Below are positions 1 through 5,288 of a stretch of DNA of 7,479 bases, piece by piece; position 1 is the stretch's first letter, and the number at the start of each line of letters is the position of its first letter. The notes beneath the pieces are model-generated. The model saw nothing but the letters and a program-made list of their open reading frames with translations, ran no database searches and was not told the DNA's origin. The stretch is from an uncultured Gammaproteobacteria bacterium (GTDB lineage Bacteria > Patescibacteriota > Microgenomatia > Daviesbacterales > UBA10151), in the NCBI GenBank assembly GCA_964360965.1, contig CAYHYM010000010.1:19495-26973 (forward strand), written 5' to 3'. The position numbers and the translations under genes are program-made.

Positions 1-1
1 A

Positions 2-286
2 GAATTTGAGCAAGTCCTTCAGATTGAAGGACTTGAAGAGATCCAAGCAGAGGGTGAATTCAATCCTGCTTTGCAGGAGGCTGTTGACACAAGGGATGGA
101 GAAAATAATATAATTTTAGAAGTTGTCAGAAAAGGTTATACTTTAAATGGTAAGGTAATTAGACCAAGTCAGGTGGTGGTAGGTAGGAAAAATCCACCCA
201 GTATGGAAGAGACAAAAAACATTCCAGGTGGAGAAACCCAATCAGATATGCATTCACCACTGGATGAGAAAGGAGAGATGTCATAA
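2..286 (+). CDS. grpE: GrpE nucleotide-exchange factor, C-terminal part (5' end lies outside the window)
   Basis: The frame is open from the window edge to TAA at 284-286. The translation ...GEFNPALQEAVDTRDGENNIILEVVRKGYTLNGKVIRPSQVVV matches the conserved GrpE C-terminal beta domain (E. coli ...DPNVHQAI...MQKGYTLNGRTIRAAMVTV). It lies directly upstream of dnaK. It carries a roughly 30-aa extra tail after the conserved end. Confidence 0.85.
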   Translation, partial: EFEQVLQIEGLEEIQAEGEFNPALQEAVDTRDGENNIILEVVRKGYTLNGKVIRPSQVVVGRKNPPSMEETKNIPGGETQSDMHSPLDEKGEMS

Positions 287-289
287 AAC

Positions 290-371
290 GTCATTCCCGC
301 GCAAGCGGGAATCCAATTCCGAATCAGAGATGGTTAATTGGATCCCTGCATTCGCAGGGATGACAGAAAAG
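290..371. repeat. MITE-like double-hairpin element: an inverted pair of the GTCAT / AATTGGAT hairpin unit, with no gene inside
   Basis: Left arm 290-318: gtcat-tcccgc-gcaa-gcggga-atccaatt. Right arm 334-364: ttaattggat-ccctgc-attc-gcaggg-atgac, followed by the conserved agaaaag. The termini GTCAT...ATGAC are inverted. The same architecture recurs at 4080-4165. Confidence 0.75.
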
Positions 372-398
372 TTAATAACTCAAAATGGCAAATAAACT

Positions 399-623
399 AT
401 GAATATAGAAAATGGATCTAATAAAGAAAAAAGAGCAAATGAAGTGGGAGAAGCATATGCTAAATATCTAGACTCTGGTGATATTAGGCCTTTTTTCGAA
501 ACCTTTCACAAGCGAGTTCTTAGAGAATATGGTTTTATTGGAAGACTTATACAACCAGTAGCAACCTGGGTTTCTATGAAAGCATATGAGTTTGATAAAA
601 GGAGAGAGGAAAAATATGGCTAA
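399..623 (+). CDS. hypothetical small protein (74 aa), no recognisable family
   Basis: Open frame between the hairpin element and dnaK, overlapping the dnaK start by 8 nt. There is no clear Shine-Dalgarno sequence and I recognise no motif. It may be spurious. Confidence 0.3.
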   Translation: MNIENGSNKEKRANEVGEAYAKYLDSGDIRPFFETFHKRVLREYGFIGRLIQPVATWVSMKAYEFDKRREEKYG

Positions 624-2580
624 AATTGTAGGTATAGATCTTGGAACTACAAATAGCTGTGTGGCAGTAATGGAGGGCGGGAAGCCCAAAGTTATTCATA
701 GCGCTGAAGGGGAAAATATTATCCCTTCTGTTTCAAATCCCAATAAAAATATTGTGGGCAGGGTGGCTAAAAGGCAGGCTGTGGTTAATCCTAAAGAAAC
801 TATCTTCTCTATTAAGAGACTGATGGGTAGAAAGTTTAAAGATGCTGAGGTACAGCGTGATATTAAATGGTTATCCTACACTATCAAAGAAGGTAAAAAT
901 GGCATGGCGGTGGTGGAGGTAGAAGGACATGAATATACCCCACAGGAAATCTCCGCCCAGATTTTACAAAAAATAAAAGCTGATGCTGAATCCTATTTAG
1001 GAGAAAAAGTGACAGATGCTGTAATTACAGTTCCTGCTTATTTTGATGATTCACAAAGGCAGGCCACCAAACAGGCTGGAGAAATTGCCGGACTTAATGT
1101 CCAAAGAATTATTAATGAACCAACTGCTGCTGCTTTAGCCTATGGTCTGGATAAATCTCATGCCCACACCATTGTTGTCTATGATTTAGGTGGTGGCACT
1201 TTTGATATTTCTATTTTAGAGTTGGGAGAAGGAGTTTTTGAGGTCAAATCAACAGCCGGCGACACCCATCTGGGAGGGGATGATTTTGATCAGGTAATCC
1301 TGAATCATCTGGCTGATGAATTTAAAAAAGAACAGGGAATTGATCTTAAAGGTGATAAACAAGCTTTACAAAGACTTAGAGATGCTGCTGAAAAAGCCAA
1401 GATTGAATTATCCTCTACTCAAGAGGCATCAATTTCCATCCCTTTTGTGACTGCTGACTCATCTGGTCCCAAGCATTTGGAGATGAAATTATCCAGAGCC
1501 AAGCTTGAGGTTATGGTCAAGCCTTTGATTGATAAAACATTTGATGCTGTTAAGGCATGTCTTAAGGATGCCAAAATGGAGGCCAAAGATATTGAGGAAG
1601 TGATTTTGGTTGGGGGTATGACCAGAATGCCGGCAGTGCAAAAGGCAGTGCAGGACTTTTTTGGCAAAGAACCACACAAGGGTATAAACCCAGATGAAGT
1701 CGTGGCTGTGGGAGCTGCAATTCAAGGTGGAGTTTTAGGTGGAGAAGTTAAGGATGTATTACTTTTGGATGTTACCCCTTTGACTTTGGGAATTGAGACT
1801 TTAGGTGGAGTAAGAACTCCATTGATTGTCAGAAATACCACTATTCCTTCTTCCAAATCAGAAATTTTCTCCACAGCTGCTGATAATCAAACATCTGTAG
1901 AGATTAATGTGCTGCAAGGAGAGAGAGAAATGGCAGCTGATAACAAATCTTTGGGCAGATTTATCTTAGATGGTATTCCGCCAGCCCCAAGAGGTGTTCC
2001 ACAAGTTGAGGTGGTTTTTGACATTGATGCCAATGGCATTTTAAATGTTTCTGCCAAAGATAAAGCAACCAGTAAGGAACAAAAGATAACTATTACTGGT
2101 TCCACAGGTTTATCTAAAGACGAAGTGGAAAAAATGACTAAAGAGGCAGAAGCACATGCGGAAGAGGATAAAAAGAAAAAAGAGGGTATAGAAATTAGAA
2201 ATATTGCTGACTCTTTAGTTTATCAAACAGAGAAGACTTTAAAAGAGCAAGGGGATAAAGTTCCAGCAGAGGTAAGGACAGAAGTGGAGCAGAAGTTAAA
2301 TGAGCTTAAGGAAGCTATGAAAGGTGAGAATACTGATGATATTAAAACCAAAGGTGATGCTCTGGGAGAATCTTTACAAAAAATAGGAGCTTCAATGTAT
2401 GGTTCTCAAGGTGAACAACCTAACACCTCGGATGGTGGCCGAGCCGGAGGCGAGGACTCCTCCGAGGTGGGCAAAGAGCCAAAGGAAGAAGCTGTGGAAG
2501 GTGAAGTGGTGGAGGATCCTTCGACCCCTTCGACAGGCTCAGGGCAAGCTAGCTCAGGACAAAGAAAAAAAGAGGAATAA
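616..2580 (+). CDS. dnaK: Hsp70 chaperone DnaK (654 aa)
   Basis: ATG at 616 is preceded by AAAGGAGAGAGGA (598-610). The N-terminus [22 protein letters not shown] and the motifs [23 protein letters not shown](V)GAAIQ and [10 protein letters not shown] are all canonical. The ORF-track start at 586 is only an upstream in-frame extension. Confidence 0.97.
   Translation: MAKIVGIDLGTTNSCVAVMEGGKPKVIHSAEGENIIPSVSNPNKNIVGRVAKRQAVVNPKETIFSIKRLMGRKFKDAEVQRDIKWLSYTIKEGKNGMAVVEVEGHEYTPQEISAQILQKIKADAESYLGEKVTDAVITVPAYFDDSQRQATKQAGEIAGLNVQRIINEPTAAALAYGLDKSHAHTIVVYDLGGGTFDISILELGEGVFEVKSTAGDTHLGGDDFDQVILNHLADEFKKEQGIDLKGDKQALQRLRDAAEKAKIELSSTQEASISIPFVTADSSGPKHLEMKLSRAKLEVMVKPLIDKTFDAVKACLKDAKMEAKDIEEVILVGGMTRMPAVQKAVQDFFGKEPHKGINPDEVVAVGAAIQGGVLGGEVKDVLLLDVTPLTLGIETLGGVRTPLIVRNTTIPSSKSEIFSTAADNQTSVEINVLQGEREMAADNKSLGRFILDGIPPAPRGVPQVEVVFDIDANGILNVSAKDKATSKEQKITITGSTGLSKDEVEKMTKEAEAHAEEDKKKKEGIEIRNIADSLVYQTEKTLKEQGDKVPAEVRTEVEQKLNELKEAMKGENTDDIKTKGDALGESLQKIGASMYGSQGEQPNTSDGGRAGGEDSSEVGKEPKEEAVEGEVVEDPSTPSTGSGQASSGQRKKEE
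2424..2562. repeat. GC-rich palindromic modules embedded in frame in the dnaK C-terminal tail
   Basis: An 8-bp inverted repeat cacctcgg (2424-2431) / ccgaggtg (2462-2469) has a nested 6-bp hairpin cggagg (2445-2450) / cctccg (2459-2464). A second module at 2511-2562, ggaggatccttcgaccccttcgacaggctcagggcaagctagctcaggacaa, shares GGATCCTTCG, TTCGAC and GCTCAGGA with 3887-3938 and with the infB insert. Confidence 0.6.
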
Positions 2581-2586
2581 TTTCCT

Positions 2587-3186
2587 ATGACAGAGCCAGA
2601 TAAAAGTGAGCATGTTTCTCCACTAATGTTAAATCAACGACTGATTGTGATTATTAAAAGAGAAGCTATAAATGAGGTTGCAAATGGCTTACCTAATTCA
2701 GTAATAGCATTACAGCAGGCTGAAAATGTAGTATCAATTGCTAGTAGAAGTATTTTATACAAAGTTCCAAGGAGAATATTTGAGGACGAACGGGCCCAAA
2801 ATATAGCAAGAGAGCTTGAAACTTTATTTGGGTTTGCATACCATCTTACTAATACAGGTCGACAGGTTATTACTGGAGATATTCTTGAATATTTATTTGG
2901 GCCTGGTCTGCCTGATGAACACAACCCTGATAAAAGAATTCCTATTCCAGGATATATTGCCGATTTGGTAAAGTCAGAGGAAGGAGGCTTATTTAATAAG
3001 GAAAAGGCCCCTGAATTAGAAGCTGGCGCGTACAGATCATTAAAAAGAAATTCAGATATTGCTACAAGATGGGTTAACCCATTTAAATTTTTACAACCTT
3101 TAGGTTATGAGATTAAAGATATGCTAGATGTTGTGGAGCATTGGGAATCTGAATTAATAAAAAAGCATGGTGTAATCCCCCAATAA
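2587..3186 (+). CDS. hypothetical protein (199 aa), no family recognised
   Basis: A long open frame starts 7 nt after the dnaK stop, with GAGG (2572-2575) 11 nt upstream of the ATG. It has coding-like composition and no low-complexity sequence. I see no catalytic or DNA-binding motif. It lies between the two copies of the dnaK 3' end. Confidence 0.6.
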   Translation: MTEPDKSEHVSPLMLNQRLIVIIKREAINEVANGLPNSVIALQQAENVVSIASRSILYKVPRRIFEDERAQNIARELETLFGFAYHLTNTGRQVITGDILEYLFGPGLPDEHNPDKRIPIPGYIADLVKSEEGGLFNKEKAPELEAGAYRSLKRNSDIATRWVNPFKFLQPLGYEIKDMLDVVEHWESELIKKHGVIPQ

Positions 3187-3242
3187 TATTTTCATTTTTC
3201 CCACGACCGTAGCATAAATGTATGGATGGGAATTCAGTTTGA

Positions 3243-3265
3243 GCATTTTTAATGGTGGAATCCTA
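3243..3265 (+). repeat. 23-bp direct repeat, copy 1 (gcatttttaatggtggaatccta)
   Basis: Identical 23-mer at 4044-4066. Its 3' half, ggaatcctaatt-like, resembles the inner end of the left hairpin arms (gcaggaatctaatt, gcgggaatccaatt). Confidence 0.8.
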
Positions 3266-3267
3266 TT

Positions 3268-3297
3268 TTGTATTTTTGTAGTACTTTGTGGTACAAT
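3268..3297 (+). promoter_or_regulatory. putative sigma70-type promoter for brnT-brnA
   Basis: TTGTAT (3268-3273), an 18-bp spacer, then an extended -10 TGgTACAAT (3289-3297). The predicted start is near 3304-3305, only 4-5 nt before the brnT ATG, giving a near-leaderless mRNA. Confidence 0.5.
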
Positions 3298-3308
3298 TTG
3301 TTTTGTGA

Positions 3309-3602
3309 ATGAAAGTAGATGAGCTTATTTTCAATGAAAGAAATATTGAACATATAGCTCGTCATAATGTTTTGCCAGAAGAAGTTAAGGAAGTTATAGA
3401 AGGGAATATTTTACCGCTGAAAGCTAAATTAGGGAGAGTGATGGTGATAGGTAAGACTAAAAAAAGTAGAACTTTGGCTGTAATTTTAGAAAAGTTTAAA
3501 GGTAATATCTACTTTCCTGTGACAGCTAGAGGTGCTGATAGGAAAGAAAGGAAAATGTATAAGGAAGAGATAGGAGGTGAAAATGAAAAAGAAAGTAATT
3601 AA
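3309..3602 (+). CDS. brnT: BrnT-family (DUF497-like) type II toxin, 97 aa
   Basis: The N-terminal ...FNERNIEHIARHNVLPEEVKEV... matches the WDxxNxxHIxxHGVxxEEAEEV pattern of BrnT-like toxins. The C-terminal ...PVTARGADRKERKMY matches the conserved (I/V)(S/T)AR...(K/R)ER..Y end. The gene overlaps the downstream antitoxin gene. Confidence 0.8.
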   Translation: MKVDELIFNERNIEHIARHNVLPEEVKEVIEGNILPLKAKLGRVMVIGKTKKSRTLAVILEKFKGNIYFPVTARGADRKERKMYKEEIGGENEKESN

Positions 3603-3861
3603 AATGCCCAAATTTAAAAATTATGAGGAAGAAACCCGTTTCTGGGGTACTCACTCTATTGCTGATTTTAGGAAAGAGCTTAAAAAAACTAACTTAGAGG
3701 TAAAAAAACCTTTAAAAATGACTTTTACTGTCAGGCTTGATCCTAAAACTGTGAAAGAGCTTGATAGTGTGGCCAAGGAGAAAGGGGTAGGCCCTAGAAC
3801 CTTAGCCAGGATGTGGCTTTTAGAAAAGTTAAAAGAGGACTATTATTCTAAATCTGCTTAA
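3583..3861 (+). CDS. brnA: BrnA / CopG-like antitoxin, 92 aa
   Basis: ATG at 3583 lies 6 nt after AGGAGG (3572-3577) and overlaps the brnT 3' end by 20 nt. MPKFKNYEEETRFWGTHSIADF... and the C-terminal ...RLDPKTVKELDSVAKEKGVGPRTLARMWLLEKLKE are the typical BrnA-antitoxin layout (an FW.THD-type N-terminus plus a ribbon-helix-helix-like C-terminus). Confidence 0.8.
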   Translation: MKKKVIKMPKFKNYEEETRFWGTHSIADFRKELKKTNLEVKKPLKMTFTVRLDPKTVKELDSVAKEKGVGPRTLARMWLLEKLKEDYYSKSA

Positions 3862-3862
3862 G

Positions 3863-3955
3863 GAAGCAGTTGAAGGTGAAGTGGTTGAAGATCCTTCGGC
3901 GGGTTCGACAAGCTCACCGCAAGCAAGCTCAGGACAAGGAAAAAAGTCAGAGTAA
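3863..3955 (+). pseudogene. orphan duplicate of the last 31 codons of dnaK, including the stop
   Basis: It aligns without gaps to 2488-2580 at 75/93 identical nucleotides by hand count. It reads [30 protein letters not shown] against [30 protein letters not shown] in dnaK. It begins immediately after the brnA stop and has no start codon or upstream dnaK body. Confidence 0.85.
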
Positions 3956-4043
3956 CTATGACTTAAGCTACTTCTATAGGTGAGTTGTTAAATCCAGTAG
4001 CTATATATCAACGCCTCAGTGATATTTATTATCCTAATTTGTC

Positions 4044-4066
4044 GCATTTTTAATGGTGGAATCCTA
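4044..4066 (+). repeat. 23-bp direct repeat, copy 2
   Basis: Identical to 3243-3265. Locally, atcctaatttg also occurs twice, 30 bp apart (4031-4041 and 4061-4071). Confidence 0.8.
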
Positions 4067-4079
4067 ATTTGCCTCCTTT

Positions 4080-4165
4080 GTCATTCCTGCGAATGCAGGA
4101 ATCTAATTAAAAACTAACTTAAAATGGTTAATTGGATACCGGTATTCACCGGTATGACAGATAAG
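4080..4165. repeat. MITE-like double-hairpin element, second copy, immediately upstream of the GIY-YIG gene
   Basis: Left arm 4080-4108: gtcat-tcctgc-gaat-gcagga-atctaatt. Right arm 4128-4158: ttaattggat-accggt-attc-accggt-atgac, followed by agataag. The layout matches 290-371. Confidence 0.75.
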
Positions 4166-4181
4166 GTGTCATAATTAAACT

Positions 4182-4463
4182 ATGTATTATGTTTACATTT
4201 TAGCTTCTAAAAGAAATGGAACTTTATATATTGGTATAACAAATAATTTAGTCAAAAGAGTATATGAGCATAAAAATGATTTAGTAGAAGGATTTACTAA
4301 GAAATACCAAGTTCATAATCTGGTTTACTTTGAGCCACATGAAGATGTCAATGAGGCTATAACTAGAGAGAAACAAATGAAGGAATGGAAAAGATATTGG
4401 AAAATAAAAACTATCAATAAATTTAATTCTGGTTGGAAAGATTTATACAGCTCAATTGTTTAA
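4182..4463 (+). CDS. stand-alone GIY-YIG (URI-domain) nuclease family protein, 93 aa (UPF0213 / COG2827-like)
   Basis: MYYVYILASKRNGTLYIGITNNLVKRVYEHK... carries the GIY-YIG beta-hairpin motifs (YVYIL ... LYIG) plus the conserved R..EH and the downstream E...E.K..W.R..K segment typical of this family. The stop TAA (4461-4463) lies inside the conserved TTAATTGGAT repeat box. Confidence 0.9.
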   Translation: MYYVYILASKRNGTLYIGITNNLVKRVYEHKNDLVEGFTKKYQVHNLVYFEPHEDVNEAITREKQMKEWKRYWKIKTINKFNSGWKDLYSSIV

Positions 4464-4490
4464 TTGGATCCCCGCGTAGGCGGGGATGAC
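4460..4490 (+). repeat. solo hairpin unit (right-arm type) overlapping the GIY-YIG stop codon
   Basis: ttaattggat-ccccgc-gtag-gcgggg-atgac. The conserved boxes are identical to 334-364 and 4128-4158, and the stem is different but perfectly complementary. Confidence 0.8.
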
Positions 4491-4501
4491 GTAACCGCAA
4501 G

Positions 4502-4528
4502 CTAGCAGTTTAAGCAAGCGACTGCTAT
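4502..4528. promoter_or_regulatory. CIRCE-like inverted repeat (candidate HrcA operator) in front of dnaJ
   Basis: cTAGCAgTt-N9-GAcTGCTAt compared with the CIRCE consensus TTAGCACTC-N9-GAGTGCTAA. The 9-nt spacer is exact, with 6/9 and 7/9 matches. The C-to-G change in the left arm is mirrored by G-to-C in the right arm, so the palindrome TAGCAGT/ACTGCTA is kept. It overlaps the -10 box. Confidence 0.45.
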
Positions 4529-4531
4529 AAT
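4523..4531 (+). promoter_or_regulatory. extended -10 promoter element (TGcTATAAT) for dnaJ
   Basis: A perfect TATAAT at 4526-4531 follows TG at 4523-4524. The -35 is poor (tagcag, 4503-4508). The -10 ends 7 nt before the dnaJ ATG at 4539 and no Shine-Dalgarno sequence is present, which suggests a leaderless dnaJ transcript. Confidence 0.45.
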
Positions 4532-4538
4532 ACAATCC

Positions 4539-5288
4539 ATGGCTAAAAGAGATTACTATGAAATTTTAGGGGTAAATAAATCAGCATCTACTGATGAAAT
4601 AAAATTAGCTTATAGAAGACTTGCCAGGAAACATCATCCTGATGTAGATAAATCTGCCGGGGCTGCAGAGAGATTTAAAGAAATAGGGGAAGCTTACCAG
4701 GTTTTATCTGATCCGCAAAAGAAACAATCATATGATCAGTTTGGCCATGCTGCTTTTGACAGAGGAGCCGGAGGATATGGTGGAGGAGCAGGGCCTTTTG
4801 GTGGCGGCGGGCAATCCTACAGTTGGTCTACTTCAGGTAACCCCAATATTCAGTTTGACTTTGGCGGATTTGAGGATCCATTTGAACTTTTTGAACAAAT
4901 TTTTGGCGGTGGGTTTGGTGCTGCCATGAGACGCCGCCCAACTTATCAACTTAATCTAACTTTTGATGAGGCCATCCATGGAGTGACTAAAGAAATAGAG
5001 GTGGAAGAAAGAAATAGTCAGGGAAGATTAACTAGAAAGAGACTTAAGATTAAAGTTCCGGCAGGAGTTGATAATGGGACTAGAATGCGTTTTGGTCCGT
5101 CAGCTGACGGATTGGATATTGTATTCAGAGTCCCCCGCCATCCGCATTTTTTGCGAGAAGGAGCGGATATTTTTTCGGAAATTAATATAACTATTCCCCA
5201 GCTGGTTTTGGGGGATATCTTTGAAGTAGAAACTGTTTCCGGAAAAGTCAAGGTAAAAGTCCCTCGGGAACACAACCTGGAAGCTTAG
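4539..5288 (+). CDS. dnaJ: DnaJ/CbpA-like class B J-protein (J domain, G/F region, no zinc finger); the frame ends prematurely because of a frameshift
   Basis: MAKRDYYEILGV...YRRLARKHHPDV...FKEIGEAYQVLSDPQKKQSYDQFG is a J domain with the HPD motif, followed by a Gly/Phe-rich linker. There is no cysteine and so no CxxCxGxG repeats. ...LKIKVPAGVDNGTRMRF is the C-terminal substrate-binding domain. The frame stops at TAG 5286-5288 while the homology continues in another frame. Confidence 0.85.
   Translation: MAKRDYYEILGVNKSASTDEIKLAYRRLARKHHPDVDKSAGAAERFKEIGEAYQVLSDPQKKQSYDQFGHAAFDRGAGGYGGGAGPFGGGGQSYSWSTSGNPNIQFDFGGFEDPFELFEQIFGGGFGAAMRRRPTYQLNLTFDEAIHGVTKEIEVEERNSQGRLTRKRLKIKVPAGVDNGTRMRFGPSADGLDIVFRVPRHPHFLREGADIFSEINITIPQLVLGDIFEVETVSGKVKVKVPREHNLEA

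Noticed and set aside
330-395. Micro-ORFs starting at the conserved ATGG before the right hairpin arms (330-395 MVNWIPAFAGMTEKLITQNGK; 4124-4174 MVNWIPVFTGMTDKVS)
   Set aside because: The apparent peptide conservation follows automatically from the conserved DNA boxes. The residues encoded by the stems change with the covarying stems (AFA against VFT), so selection is on the hairpin and not the peptide. There is no Shine-Dalgarno sequence.
586-615. Upstream in-frame extension of dnaK (ORF-track start at 586); likewise 5510-5533 for nusA
   Set aside because: The canonical N-termini ([14 protein letters not shown] for DnaK, MQVRTEF..ALNQIASEKG for NusA) begin at the internal ATGs 616 and 5534. 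The dnaK ATG has a good Shine-Dalgarno sequence. The nusA extension would start inside the terminator hairpin.
468-689. Minus-strand 73-aa ORF spanning the dnaK start region
   Set aside because: It is antisense to the dnaK 5' end and ORF74, with no motif or start signals.
1419-2105. Minus-strand ORFs 1419-1679, 1489-1725 and 1887-2105
   Set aside because: They lie entirely antisense to the strongly supported dnaK CDS and have no recognisable motifs. They are typical shadow ORFs.
2399-2590. + strand ORF of 63 aa in an alternative frame across the dnaK tail
   Set aside because: It overlaps dnaK in a region where GC-rich repeats suppress stop codons. Its Arg/Lys/Trp-rich translation looks like an off-frame artefact.
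2634-2924. Minus-strand 96-aa ORF antisense to ORF199
   Set aside because: It is fully contained in the longer + strand ORF, which has the better start context. Nothing about it is recognisable.
3966-4002. Inverted repeat agctact (3966-3972) / agtagct (3996-4002) as the original dnaK terminator
   Set aside because: The 23-nt loop, AT-rich 7-bp stem and absent T tract are too weak to call a terminator.
3956-4079. Possible tRNA, tmRNA or other integration-target RNA gene downstream of the dnaK remnant
   Set aside because: I could find no cloverleaf-compatible stems, no T-loop GTTCRANYC and no CCA-proximal acceptor pairing. The sequence is AT-rich with only one 7-bp inverted repeat.
290-4490. 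Whether the hairpin repeats form a CRISPR array
   Set aside because: There are only five units, in both orientations, at irregular distances (15 bp to kilobases). They are separated by genes rather than uniform spacers, and the repeat stems differ between copies.
4732-5275. ORFs 4732-4929 (+) and 5018-5275 (-) inside dnaJ
   Set aside because: These are off-frame or antisense shadows of the G/F-rich and CTD regions of dnaJ.
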